Virus record (IMG/VR): IMGVR_UViG_3300020458_000003
From: an uncultured virus (IMG/VR IMGVR_UViG_3300020458_000003)
Lineage: Duplodnaviria; Heunggongvirae; Uroviricota; Caudoviricetes
Direction: 5' to 3' (one strand)
DNA: 64,000 nucleotides
Positions within the stretch are counted from its first letter, which is position 1; every line of letters begins with the position of its first letter. Shown here piece by piece: positions 27,043 through 36,883 of this stretch. The position numbers and the translations under genes were made by a program. Below the pieces are notes generated by a model that did no database searches, was not told the DNA's origin, and saw only the letters and a program-made list of their open reading frames with translations.

Positions 27043-27381
27043 ATGCGAAAACAGGGGCTCCTATTTGATTCACGAAAAGCGATGGACGCAAAATCCTCCT
27101 CTATGGATGCGGTCGAGAGGAACACACTACTGTCCAGCAAGGAAATTATCCTAGACGCGATTCGTGCTGTGCCTGTCGGCACGGAATTTACGACCGATTC
27201 AGTGTGGATGGTAATCCCCGAGTCGGTCCGCCAGGAAATCGAGCCTCGTGTGCTGGGTCCACTGATGACAATCGCGGCCAAACGCCGACTGATATCCAGG
27301 ACAGACCGCGTGGAGAATTCCACAATGGTGAGCTGCCACGCGCGGCCAAAAAGAATTTGGATCAGAAATAATTCTGGTTGA
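27043..27381 (+). CDS. Small phage protein (winged-helix-like)
   Basis: GAGGA RBS; FTTDSVW...EPRVLGP...CHARPKRIW. Confidence 0.65.
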   Translation: MRKQGLLFDSRKAMDAKSSSMDAVERNTLLSSKEIILDAIRAVPVGTEFTTDSVWMVIPESVRQEIEPRVLGPLMTIAAKRRLISRTDRVENSTMVSCHARPKRIWIRNNSG

Positions 27382-27406
27382 CGGTTCGCGACTCACTGCT
27401 AATTGT
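27376..27406 (+). promoter_or_regulatory. Repeated promoter motif (copy 6, rightward)
   Basis: GGTTGACG-N16-TAATTGT plus shared leader ending AAGGACAGAACAATG. Confidence 0.8.
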
Positions 27407-27449
27407 CTGGTGGTGAGAGATGGAAGACCAAAACAAAAAGGACAGAACA

Positions 27450-27740
27450 ATGACAAATCCCATGACAACAGCTATCGAGAGTCGACCGGACGGAACCAGT
27501 GGACTCGTGACCGAGCCGTGGGCGGCCGGCGAAATTTACGGGGTCGCCGCGGATTGGACCGACGGTGCATCGCCGGTGTGGTGCTACGGCGCCAGTGACT
27601 GGGTGGACAACGGCAAACGCGTGGCCGATTTCGCCCACGAGCCACGGTCAGCGATGCTCTGTGAGCTGGAGGATTCTCTGCTCTCTAGTGGTGATGACCC
27701 AGACGCGGAGGACTTGCTGAACGATGCAGTTGAATTCTAG
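27450..27740 (+). CDS. Small acidic early protein
   Basis: Starts at the leader ATG. Confidence 0.65.
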   Translation: MTNPMTTAIESRPDGTSGLVTEPWAAGEIYGVAADWTDGASPVWCYGASDWVDNGKRVADFAHEPRSAMLCELEDSLLSSGDDPDAEDLLNDAVEF

Positions 27741-27766
27741 AGATACACGAAAGGGCTTAGTAGACC

Positions 27767-28177
27767 ATGACCATAACAGAACAGATGCTACAGGATGCGA
27801 TCGAGACCGTTCGCCGGATGAATGCCGAGGTGCTGAATCGACTGTCGCGCCGCCGCAGCCTTTGCATGACCCCGAGGGTTGAACCCGATCTTAATGAGGA
27901 CCACAACAGGAGCAAGGGAACAACGATGACATACCGAGTCTACGCAGTACCAGATGGGTCTGATATCAGCTATTGCGGAGAGTTTTTGACACTCGGTGCG
28001 GCTCAGGCTGCAGCCGAGCGCGAACCGGCGGGACTCGACCGGTCCGAGTGGGACACAGCCAGAGCGGCGGGCAGCTGTGGCGGACAGTACTCGCCGGAAT
28101 CGGCCGATGAATCAGAACCGATCAGCTGGCATGGACCGATGGGATTTCACTGTGTGGTTCGCGCGACTCACTGCTGA
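27767..28177 (+). CDS. Hypothetical protein (true start may be internal, at MTYRVY)
   Basis: Colinear ORF. Confidence 0.5.
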   Translation: MTITEQMLQDAIETVRRMNAEVLNRLSRRRSLCMTPRVEPDLNEDHNRSKGTTMTYRVYAVPDGSDISYCGEFLTLGAAQAAAEREPAGLDRSEWDTARAAGSCGGQYSPESADESEPISWHGPMGFHCVVRATHC

Positions 28178-28277
28178 TTGTCTGGTGGTGAGAGAAGACA
28201 ACCAAAACAAAAACATTCGAACCGACTGGATCGAGCCGGACGGTTTCCAACAGCCCACGAGATAAGGAGTCGGAGCG

Positions 28278-28751
28278 ATGAAAACAGAAAGGATAGAAAT
28301 CTACGGCCGAGGCTTCCCCAGAGGATTCACGCATGTTGGACGAGTTCGGCGCATCCTGCACGCCAATTTGTCAGGTCTTCCCAAATCCCACTTTCCACGG
28401 TTGCCCAAGGAGGGAGAGATATTAGTCGATATCCAGGTGGACCCTAACGGAGAGCCCTACCAGAGAGGTGACGTTGTCCTAAGTGTTTCAATCGACAGCA
28501 AAGCTATGCCTGAATTGTCGGAGCGTCGAAACTATGAAATAGTCCAGATAAAATCACGATTTACTACTGGCAATGGGGAACCTCGTCGGTCCCATCCGTC
28601 CCCCTTTTCTGATTTTCTGCAATGGCACAGATACGCGTTGTTGCGGCCAGCCAAAACGTCGGACTCCGCAGCATGCGCAAAAGCGGTCAGCGACCGATTA
28701 CGCGCCCTAGGCCGACAGACGATAGACACCATGATGAGCTCCCGAGCATAA
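28278..28751 (+). CDS. Hypothetical protein
   Basis: TAAGGAG RBS. Confidence 0.55.
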   Translation: MKTERIEIYGRGFPRGFTHVGRVRRILHANLSGLPKSHFPRLPKEGEILVDIQVDPNGEPYQRGDVVLSVSIDSKAMPELSERRNYEIVQIKSRFTTGNGEPRRSHPSPFSDFLQWHRYALLRPAKTSDSAACAKAVSDRLRALGRQTIDTMMSSRA

Positions 28752-28881
28752 ATCCACGAGACAAAAATGAAGCATGAGCTACTCCACCAACATCAACGAA
28801 ACACGATGACGGCATTGACGACATTAACGCGAAGTGATAATCTAGCCCCACCACAACGATAACAAAAGGGAGAACGAAGGA

Positions 28882-29187
28882 ATGCCAAGAAAAGCACCGA
28901 TGAAAACTTGCGTCAGCTGCGGAAAGAAAGTGCACGCAAGAACGAAGACATGCAAAGGCTGCGGCGGTCCGGCATCCGCCCCTGGCGCGACAGTCGATTC
29001 GCTGGATGAGCAGCTTCGCCAAAAAGCAAAGGCGGTACCGCTTGAGGTCAGTAGAGTCCTCAAGGGGGACCTGAGCCACCGAGCTCTATCGGAAACCGTC
29101 CAGTTCGTGCGCGAGTGCGGAGGGCTAGACAAGGCAGCAGAGAGGTTGCGCGCGGTCGCAGCCCTCCAGTTTATTCTGACGCCATAG
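28882..29187 (+). CDS. Zn-ribbon hypothetical protein
   Basis: KTCVSCGKKVHARTKTCKGCG. Confidence 0.7.
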   Translation: MPRKAPMKTCVSCGKKVHARTKTCKGCGGPASAPGATVDSLDEQLRQKAKAVPLEVSRVLKGDLSHRALSETVQFVRECGGLDKAAERLRAVAALQFILTP

Positions 29188-29277
29188 AGGACATCTAGAC
29201 ACACTGGCAAAAATGAACTCGCACTGAATTTTCCTCCGAACGGTGCACCACCACTCATTCCAAGGGGGGGGAAGCTA

Positions 29278-29631
29278 GTGACGACGTTTGAGGAGCTTGC
29301 GTTTACACGGCTCGTTGCAACGAATGTGAAACGGCTGCGAATTGAGAGATCACTGGGCGTAAGAGAGGTTTGCGAAAAATCTACCAGGCTCTCGAAGGGC
29401 AGTCAGCCTCTGATAGCTCGGCCGATAACAGTGCCCCGGTGGTACAGGATGGAGCAAGGGACCCACCCGAGGATGGTGGCATCAGCCGTGGACGCTTTTG
29501 CCCGAGTCCTTGGAGTCAGGAGAGACGACCTCGTGACAATGAAAAAACCCAACCGAAGAAAAAAGAAAATCACACGAAAGAAGGGAATTGATCGTGCTCG
29601 TACTCACAAGAAAACCCGGCCAGTCAATTAA
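29278..29631 (+). CDS. XRE/Cro-like HTH regulator
   Basis: NVKRLRIERSL...RMEQG...ARVLGV. Confidence 0.75.
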   Translation: MTTFEELAFTRLVATNVKRLRIERSLGVREVCEKSTRLSKGSQPLIARPITVPRWYRMEQGTHPRMVASAVDAFARVLGVRRDDLVTMKKPNRRKKKITRKKGIDRARTHKKTRPVN

Positions 29632-29743
29632 GGTCGGCGAGGTCGTAATAAAAGTCCTCAATGTGTCTGGGAATCGCGTAAAAATCGGCATCGACGCGCC
29701 GTCTGAAGTGAGAATTTCAAGGACCGAAGCTCCAAAAAGGTAA
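29594..29743 (+). CDS. csrA: Carbon storage regulator CsrA homologue
   Basis: Not in the ORF track (49 aa, GTG start): MLVLTRKPGQSIKVGEVVIKVLNVSGNRVKIGIDAPSEVRISRTEAPKR. Confidence 0.93.
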   Translation: MLVLTRKPGQSIKVGEVVIKVLNVSGNRVKIGIDAPSEVRISRTEAPKR

Positions 29744-29753
29744 TAACGGCAGC

Positions 29754-30275
29754 ATGAGGTTTTTTTCCCGAAACGCCGTTGCAAGCAATGAAGTCATCGA
29801 AACCAGCAAGGCTATACGTTCCCTTCTTGAATCAGAGAGGGGGGAGCGAAGCCGAGCATACGGGAAACTGTTGAGTCTCGACGAGAAACTATTCAGCTTC
29901 GAAGAGGAGCTCCGACAGCACAAAGAGCGTACAGACGACCAGTATCACAGCGCATACGCGAGGACGGCCGAGGTGCACTACAGGCACGCCATGGCCGAAT
30001 CGCAGCATCGGAGGGAGCAGGAAAAGACACTCCTGGAGAGGTGGCAATCACATGTTGATTCGCTGCATGAGCAGATCGGACTGCTTTCGACAGAAAATGG
30101 ACGACTGTCCAGAATGCTGGAGCAGGCAAGCGACAGCAACAAGAAACTTCAGGAACGGATTGACGAGGCGCCGCGTCTGTATCAGATCCGCGACTGGCTG
30201 AGGGAAATCATGGACACCCTCGAAAAAAAGAAAACCTCCAAGAAACAAAAAAACAATGAACGAGACGCTAACTGA
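29754..30275 (+). CDS. Coiled-coil hypothetical protein
   Basis: Long heptad-like E/R/Q-rich sequence. Confidence 0.65.
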   Translation: MRFFSRNAVASNEVIETSKAIRSLLESERGERSRAYGKLLSLDEKLFSFEEELRQHKERTDDQYHSAYARTAEVHYRHAMAESQHRREQEKTLLERWQSHVDSLHEQIGLLSTENGRLSRMLEQASDSNKKLQERIDEAPRLYQIRDWLREIMDTLEKKKTSKKQKNNERDAN

Positions 30276-30477
30276 GGACGAACTGAAGATGACATGCGAA
30301 ACCTGCGGACACCAGGCCACTCCAGAGGGGTGCCCGTGCTGTCTGTCCGCCGAGGTGGTGCGTTTGCGGAAATGGACTGAGAGACTGGTTAACGGACTCG
30401 TCGAATTTGTCGAGCCGTTTAGGGCTCCTCGATCCACAGTCGATTTTTTGGATCGAACTGGCGGAAAGGAACGCTAA
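30256..30477 (+). CDS. Small Cys-containing hypothetical protein
   Basis: CETCG...CPCC. Confidence 0.5.
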   Translation: MNETLTEDELKMTCETCGHQATPEGCPCCLSAEVVRLRKWTERLVNGLVEFVEPFRAPRSTVDFLDRTGGKER

Positions 30478-30482
30478 ATAAC

Positions 30483-31451
30483 ATGCCAATAGCTGGACCA
30501 ATGTCAGGCACACCAGAGTGGTACGCTATGCGGCAGTACGACCCGGACCGCACGCCCAGTGTCGTCATTGGAGCCTCTGAGGCGTCCGCCGCATGTGGTG
30601 TCTGTCCGTATCAGACGACGCTCGACCTATACCTAAAAAAAAGAGGGGAATGGGAAGGCGACCGCGACAATGACGCCATGATGATCGGCCGAGTGTTCGA
30701 GTCGGGGGTCTTGGACCATTACGACGATCAGAATGGAGTCACGACATCGCGGCAACATCCTATGTATTTCTGCCAAGAGCACCCGTGTATAGCTGCCACC
30801 CCGGACGGCATGCTGGGAGACCGCGCCGTTGACGCCAAAATAACAAGCAAATTCATGCTAGGCGATGCAGATCACCAATGGGGGACGGATGGGACCGACG
30901 AGGTCCCCCAAAGCGCGCAGCTGCAGGGACAGCAACAATGTCTGGTAATGGAGGTCGACCGGGTCGATTTTGCCGTCTTCGTCACGGACCTCAGAAAGTT
31001 TAAAACTTATACCGTCTGGAGAAATGAACAACTGATCCGCCAACTGATAGACACACACCTGGAGCTGGTCGATCGCATCATCTACGGAGACCCGCCACCA
31101 CTGGACTTGTCCAGCCCGACCGCCGGCCGGGCGCTGCAGTATCTGCATCCGATTGATCCAGACGAGATTATCATCCTAACGGATGGCATGGCTGAATCGT
31201 GGCTCCAGAGGGCCGAGATTAAAAAACAAATCAAGGCATTGGAGAATGAAGCTGAGACGATATCCAACATGGTCAAAAGCGAAATGAAAAACGCTCGCGT
31301 CGGGGTTTTTCCGGACGGGAGTGGAGAAATCTCAAGGGTTGTTGTCAAGGATTTGATGTGGACCCAGGAATACGTGGATTCCCTGCAAGGAAAAGTCGGT
31401 GGAGTCAGACGAAGGGGATCCGAGCACCTCCGCACAAGAGAGAGAAAATAA
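30483..31451 (+). CDS. YqaJ/lambda-exonuclease-family recombination nuclease
   Basis: EWYAMR, IGASEASA, AATPDG, VDAK and QLQGQQQ. Confidence 0.92.
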   Translation: MPIAGPMSGTPEWYAMRQYDPDRTPSVVIGASEASAACGVCPYQTTLDLYLKKRGEWEGDRDNDAMMIGRVFESGVLDHYDDQNGVTTSRQHPMYFCQEHPCIAATPDGMLGDRAVDAKITSKFMLGDADHQWGTDGTDEVPQSAQLQGQQQCLVMEVDRVDFAVFVTDLRKFKTYTVWRNEQLIRQLIDTHLELVDRIIYGDPPPLDLSSPTAGRALQYLHPIDPDEIIILTDGMAESWLQRAEIKKQIKALENEAETISNMVKSEMKNARVGVFPDGSGEISRVVVKDLMWTQEYVDSLQGKVGGVRRRGSEHLRTRERK

Positions 31452-31456
31452 ATCGA

Positions 31457-32707
31457 ATGGGAAAACAATTAACATCGTCGCCACAGAACTCAAGAGTCCT
31501 TAAAGAGTGGCTCGCCACGGACGACGCCCTCAAAACGATCGAAAACAACCTAATGGGATGGATGTCAACAAAAACATTCATCTCACAGGTGCTGTTCGCC
31601 CTAAACAGTCCGGTGCTGGCAGGCTGCACGCCAACCAGTAAATACCAGTCTGCACATACGTGCGCGGCATTCCAGTTATTGCCGACTCTGGGGCACATCG
31701 CGCTGATACCAAGGAACAACACCTGCACCACGATGATCCAATGGCAGGGGTTTAAATCGCTCATGGAGCGACACCCAGAGGTCCAGGAGGTCACCGCGAT
31801 GCTCGTGCACCGTCGAGACTCCTTCTCCTGGAGCTCGGTAAACCACGTCCTCCGTCACGAGTACGACCCGTTTGACGATCAACGGATCTATGACAAAACC
31901 TTCAGCGCGCTACAGGGTGCGTACCTGAGAATCGAATATTTCGACAGTGCTAGAATGGAAAAATACCACTTCCTTTCGACCGCCGACATCATAAAGCGGC
32001 GGTCATGTGCGATGACGAAAGAAATCTGGGACAAATGGCCTCAAGAAATGGCGCTGAAAACCGTATTTCGCGACGCCTGGGGGAGGCGAGTGGTGCCCAT
32101 CGACCCAGCGGCGGGTGGGACGGGATTAGGAAAAGCAATGGAGGCCGAGAACCAGCTAACAGACCCCTCACGAGTCGTAGTGTCACAGGCAAAGACAAGC
32201 CGTGTCGAGAGATTGGCTGGAACAATTCGACCAGCCCCCACCCCGGTAAATGACATTGTCGCACCTCCGCCCGTGGAAAACTCCCCGCCAGAAGAGGAGG
32301 AGGAGGTAGAAACCGTCGAAAAAGACGTCAGCACTCCTCGTGACCGACTGTCGGCCGAACTAGCGGAGTGCAACACCAGAGGAGAAGTCAGCAAGTGGTA
32401 TGAGCGGACCATCAAGGTCGTTGCCGAGGAGGAGAAGAACTGGCTGTTCGGTATCACCGAATCTCGGTACGGAGCTGTGCCCGAAGAACCACCCCCAGGC
32501 AAGGACGATCCACCCCCAGGCAAGGACGATCCTCACGAAGAGGAGATTCAGCAGATGCGGGACCGCATCTTCTCGTACAAGCAGGTGGCGAGAGTGAAGC
32601 AGGCAGGAGAGGCAGCCATGTCTGGGACGACCTTGTCTCCAGGAGGGCAAGCCAGGGTCATGCAGTGGGTTGCCCAGAGAATCAAACAACTAGAGACACG
32701 AACGTAG
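31457..32707 (+). CDS. recT: RecT-family single-strand annealing protein with long C-terminal extension
   Basis: LAGCTPTS, GHIALIPR, IQWQG and IWDKWPQEMALKTV; adjacent to YqaJ. Confidence 0.85.
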   Translation: MGKQLTSSPQNSRVLKEWLATDDALKTIENNLMGWMSTKTFISQVLFALNSPVLAGCTPTSKYQSAHTCAAFQLLPTLGHIALIPRNNTCTTMIQWQGFKSLMERHPEVQEVTAMLVHRRDSFSWSSVNHVLRHEYDPFDDQRIYDKTFSALQGAYLRIEYFDSARMEKYHFLSTADIIKRRSCAMTKEIWDKWPQEMALKTVFRDAWGRRVVPIDPAAGGTGLGKAMEAENQLTDPSRVVVSQAKTSRVERLAGTIRPAPTPVNDIVAPPPVENSPPEEEEEVETVEKDVSTPRDRLSAELAECNTRGEVSKWYERTIKVVAEEEKNWLFGITESRYGAVPEEPPPGKDDPPPGKDDPHEEEIQQMRDRIFSYKQVARVKQAGEAAMSGTTLSPGGQARVMQWVAQRIKQLETRT

Positions 32708-32864
32708 TTGTGTGGATCTTCAAATAAGCTGCCCTAATAGTAGAGCCACCACCTAAACAATACATACACAACAATCGTCGTGACGACTCCAGCAAAGACT
32801 CCAGCCACGAACCCACGGACCCAGGATCGAATCGAGTAGTCGAGCTCGTCCCACGGGGGGATTA

Positions 32865-33326
32865 TCAACGCTTTGGACTCCGGAGTCCCTTACGTTGGTC
32901 CTTGGGGAGAAATTCCCGGTCGTCAATTTCAGGATCATGGAGCGTCCAAGTTTCCCGGAACATGGGCGCCGCAACTTCTCTCCAGCAGCGATCTTTCTCG
33001 TCTTTCCATTGGCTTACCCACCAGCCCCCTCGGTCGCGTCTGCGGATCGGAGTAGCGTGACCGCCGTTCCACTGTGGGAGAGGTTTCCATCCGTCAGGGG
33101 GGACCTCGACCTGCTTCGGCGCATACTCCCGGACACCTCTAAGGTGTCGCCAGGCAACCACTCGATAATGAGACTCACGTGAGACCCATCGCCAGAAAAT
33201 GACCTGATCAAGGACAAGAGCTCCGCGAGGGCCAACAACGTGGTTGACCTCGATGACGTCAACAATATCCCGGATGTTGTGGATTCTGGGAATGGCCACA
33301 CAGGCAAAAAGAAGGAAGGCCGCCAT
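32865..33326 (-). CDS. Hypothetical protein with hydrophobic N-terminus
   Basis: VDVIEVNH...DQVIFW...FRETWTLHDPE; last gene of the late operon. Confidence 0.65.
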   Translation of the reverse strand: MAAFLLFACVAIPRIHNIRDIVDVIEVNHVVGPRGALVLDQVIFWRWVSRESHYRVVAWRHLRGVREYAPKQVEVPPDGWKPLPQWNGGHATPIRRRDRGGWWVSQWKDEKDRCWREVAAPMFRETWTLHDPEIDDREFLPKDQRKGLRSPKR

Positions 33327-33374
33327 GCCTCTCCTTTCTGTATCGTTGTCAGCGATTTGAACCAGGCGGGGTGG

Positions 33375-33818
33375 TTAGGTGATCTTTACCCAACCATCAG
33401 TGGGCATTGTTACGTCGATTTTTGTAACTTCCTTCGCGATCGGCTGACCGTTGAACTCGATGAATGCAATGGGAATATCGCCGTCTCCGCCATCGACATA
33501 GTCCACCAGCAGCATTCCCTGATAATCCGATGCGGCATCCCCAGCCAACGTGAAGCTAATGGGCGTGGCGCTCTGGAACTCCGCTTGGTCGTTGGGGTCA
33601 TCCGTCACCACCGACAGCGAAGTGAGGGTTTGCGCCGCATAGCTTCCATCGTCCGATTCACCATCAGTCGTAAGGCCACCCCACGTATCTTCGTCAATCT
33701 CCGTGTCAGCCGTCGTCGTAACCATACACAGTCTCGCCCTGATATTGGACGCGGCGTCCATATCAAGCGTGCCCTTCATCCAGTTTGTCTTGGCGATGTT
33801 GTACACTACCGATGCCAT
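33375..33818 (-). CDS. Virion/tail structural protein
   Basis: GGAGG RBS; beta-rich acidic sequence typical of tail genes. Confidence 0.65.
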   Translation of the reverse strand: MASVVYNIAKTNWMKGTLDMDAASNIRARLCMVTTTADTEIDEDTWGGLTTDGESDDGSYAAQTLTSLSVVTDDPNDQAEFQSATPISFTLAGDAASDYQGMLLVDYVDGGDGDIPIAFIEFNGQPIAKEVTKIDVTMPTDGWVKIT

Positions 33819-33836
33819 AACCTAGAACCTCCATGA

Positions 33837-34199
33837 TCACCATTTCCCGATGGGGCACGACTCCGTAGCCCACTTTAACTTATCGCCCCAGGCACTGGAG
33901 CGCACAACGCTGCACCCACACTTCTTGTGTGTGCACACAACGCCATCAAACCAACAGCAAGATTGACATATTTCCCTAAGTTTTACCACTTCTATATCTG
34001 TTCGAATCGGCCTGCCTGCCCTGGTCCACCTAGATAGAGCTTTAGCGTAGTTTGTCAGGCGAGTCGTTAACGGCGGCGGCGGGCTGGCGGTCGACGGGTG
34101 ATTGACGCCACACTTGCCACATAAAATCTGGATCCCCGGGGCAACCTTCGCGCGATGTCGGCATGAAGGGCATTCCCACAAGATCATTTCGAACGTCAT
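33837..34199 (-). CDS. Cys-rich small protein ending CPIGKW
   Basis: ICQSC...C..CGC...K.KWATESCPIGKW. Confidence 0.7.
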   Translation of the reverse strand: MTFEMILWECPSCRHRAKVAPGIQILCGKCGVNHPSTASPPPPLTTRLTNYAKALSRWTRAGRPIRTDIEVVKLREICQSCCWFDGVVCTHKKCGCSVVRSSAWGDKLKWATESCPIGKW

Positions 34200-34414
34200 G
34201 GTGTTTTCTGGGAAATCGTCCCGTCATCTCCGACAACCAGATTAAGGTGAGACAGTTCCTCAGCCGTAAACCTCTCCAATAGGTCCTTCGACCGCATGCG
34301 GGCCCCCAGTTGTTCACTCACATCTTTGGCGGTCGCCTGCAAGTCTCGAATCTGGACTCGAATCCCGTCCAGGAGGTCGTTCAGCTCTTTAATTTCTTCT
34401 TCCAGCTTCTGCAT
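34196..34414 (-). CDS. Small coiled-coil protein
   Basis: Heptad pattern; ATGA overlap. Confidence 0.6.
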   Translation of the reverse strand: MQKLEEEIKELNDLLDGIRVQIRDLQATAKDVSEQLGARMRSKDLLERFTAEELSHLNLVVGDDGTISQKTP

Positions 34415-34423
34415 AATTCAAAA

Positions 34424-36871
34424 TCACTCCGCTCTGCAGATGACACCTTCGGTGGCACCTTCGTTTTCCTCGTTGCAGACGGTTACTGGTTCCGGACCGC
34501 ACTCGCATCCAGGCTCACAGTTGTCTTCTGTCACCGTCCATACAGAACTGCTGCACGTGTACGTGCACAGTTCTCCGGCACAACCTTCCGTAACTACATT
34601 AGCACTATTTGCCGTGGCGGTGGCGATAGCAGTAGATGCATTGACAGCCACATTGATGTCGTAGTCGCTCACCGAGGCAATCGCTGTTGATATATCAGCA
34701 GGAACAGCCACTTCGACCTGAGCGGCGACACCAGCAGCCGCGACAGCCGTTGCGGTTCCACTTGTCGCTGGAATAGCCACTTCTAAATCAGATGCACTGG
34801 CGGCAGAGACCGCTACGGCCGTTGCGGATGACAAAGTAACCTGCACATCAGCCGACTGTGCTGATGCTACTGACGCGGCCCCCATGGCCGTCACAGAGGC
34901 TTCCGAGCTGGTTTCGACATCGGAGGTGTCTGCTGACGAAACGGATGAGGCTGTCGAGCACCCTACGGTCACCAAAACGTCACTACTGTGCGCGGAAGAA
35001 GCCGAAATCGCCTGGGAAACGGAAGTCCCTAAAGTTGGCTCTACGGCAGCGGCACTGGAGGATGAAGCGGCGGCGGCGGTCGTGCACGAAACTGTTACCT
35101 GGGTACCGCTGGGGATTTCACTGTGACTGGTGATATCGACGAAAACGTACGCCACAGCAGTCGAGGCGGCAACCGTCACCTCCTGCAACGTACTGACAGC
35201 GGATGAAGCTGCCGACGACACTGCCGCGGCGGTGGTCGAGGAAACGGTCACCAGAACGTCCGAACTAGCAGCGGAGGAGGCCGCAAACGCCTGTAGTCCG
35301 GTCACAGTGGCTGTACTGCCAGTATCGACGCCTGCGCTGTTCCCAGTGGCCGTGGCCGTGGCCGTGGTCGCCGATACGATCACTAAGACGTCGGATGAAG
35401 TGGCGGATGAGGCGGCTGCCGCTTGGGTGGCGTCTGCGGTCACCAGGACACTGGACGAAGCAGCAGACGAAGTAGCCACCGCCTGGGACACCCCGACAGT
35501 GACCTCGACTGACGGCGAGGCAGGGACGCTGGAGGCCGCTATAGCCTGAGTGGCGGTGATCCCGGATTCAACCACCACGGTACTGCTGGCAGCCGAAGAG
35601 ACAGCCACAGCCTGGGATCCGTCAACAGTAACCTGGACTGGAGTCGAGACAGAAGCAGAGTTCGCCACGGACGTTGCAATGGCCGTGGTCGCCGTGAGTG
35701 TCAGCTGCCAGCTGGGGACGACTGTAGAGGATACCGCCGTGGCCGTTGAGTGTGCTGCCTGGACTCCAACGTCTGCATCAGCCGCAGTGGACACGGAGAC
35801 TGCCTGCTGGGCCGTCAGGAGGGCTTCTGTACTCGTCACCACATCGGCGTCGGCAGCTGGGGACGCCGCGCATGCAGCCGTTGAAACAGTAACTGTCAGT
35901 TTTAAAGCTGGCGTCCCGGCAATACTGGAGGCAGAGGCTGTCCCGGTAGAGTCGATAACAACCGGGTCAACTCCGAAACAAAAATTGTCATACTGCGCAG
36001 CAACACCAGGGACCACATCAGGCGAACCGCCCACGCCATACCAGGCGTCGACAACAAAGGTATACGTAAGGGTGAATGTTCCTATTGCAACTCCGTCCAT
36101 GCAAAAAGAAACTTCAGCCTGTCCACCTCCGAGATCGATAATTCTCATCCAAACTACATGAAAAGACAAATCTCCAAGAGGGAGAGAAAATTCAGCGTAA
36201 GTTCCACCGTACCAAAGGAACCCTGTTCCCAGTCCATCTCCATCCCAAATCACTCCACATCGAAACACAGCTTCACTGACCTCTGTGTTCGATGGTACGG
36301 AGAAGGGGTTGCGAAAATCCCAGCCAATGTAGGCGTTGTCGCTGTCAATCGAGTTATACAATTCACACTGCAGAACAACTGAAGTCGGAATTGATTCATA
36401 TTTCCTAGAAACAAAGGCCCCTGGCGTCCTGAAAACATAAGGTGATACTCTTTCGAGCTCTAGTCGTCCGCCTGTGATACGGAATTCGAAGTCAGGGTGC
36501 CTGCAAGTCCACCCTGGATCCAACGAGCTGAAGGTATCGTAATACCCTGTGCCATCACACGGATCGCAGGGGCATTCACAGCAGGTGCTCCCCTTGCCAT
36601 CGCCAATTGACAGCGCGCGGCCGCTTGACCCAGGGAACCCGAGCTCCACAATCCCAATAGCAAGATCCTCGTTGTCGATTTTTATTGGGTCGATGTTCTG
36701 AAAGACACCGCGGCCGTCTTTGCTGATCGCAAAGCCGATAGATAGTTCTACGCCGCCTATCGACGTCTGTATTCCGCCGACTCCAATACCGGCCGTCTCT
36801 GAGAATGGAACATTGATAGACAGTTCGATACCGTCTATCGACAGCTGTGCTCCACTGAGTCCCAGGTCCAT
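34424..36871 (-). CDS. Tail fibre-like protein: lectin-like domain, Ala/Ser/Thr/Val repeat stalk, Cys-rich tip
   Basis: CCECPCDPC, beta-rich domain, about 22-25 aa repeats (V.VTV.A..A.A.S.A.SS), C-terminal Cys cluster. Confidence 0.65.
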   Translation of the reverse strand: MDLGLSGAQLSIDGIELSINVPFSETAGIGVGGIQTSIGGVELSIGFAISKDGRGVFQNIDPIKIDNEDLAIGIVELGFPGSSGRALSIGDGKGSTCCECPCDPCDGTGYYDTFSSLDPGWTCRHPDFEFRITGGRLELERVSPYVFRTPGAFVSRKYESIPTSVVLQCELYNSIDSDNAYIGWDFRNPFSVPSNTEVSEAVFRCGVIWDGDGLGTGFLWYGGTYAEFSLPLGDLSFHVVWMRIIDLGGGQAEVSFCMDGVAIGTFTLTYTFVVDAWYGVGGSPDVVPGVAAQYDNFCFGVDPVVIDSTGTASASSIAGTPALKLTVTVSTAACAASPAADADVVTSTEALLTAQQAVSVSTAADADVGVQAAHSTATAVSSTVVPSWQLTLTATTAIATSVANSASVSTPVQVTVDGSQAVAVSSAASSTVVVESGITATQAIAASSVPASPSVEVTVGVSQAVATSSAASSSVLVTADATQAAAASSATSSDVLVIVSATTATATATGNSAGVDTGSTATVTGLQAFAASSAASSDVLVTVSSTTAAAVSSAASSAVSTLQEVTVAASTAVAYVFVDITSHSEIPSGTQVTVSCTTAAAASSSSAAAVEPTLGTSVSQAISASSAHSSDVLVTVGCSTASSVSSADTSDVETSSEASVTAMGAASVASAQSADVQVTLSSATAVAVSAASASDLEVAIPATSGTATAVAAAGVAAQVEVAVPADISTAIASVSDYDINVAVNASTAIATATANSANVVTEGCAGELCTYTCSSSVWTVTEDNCEPGCECGPEPVTVCNEENEGATEGVICRAE

Positions 36872-36883
36872 TCGACGTCACTC

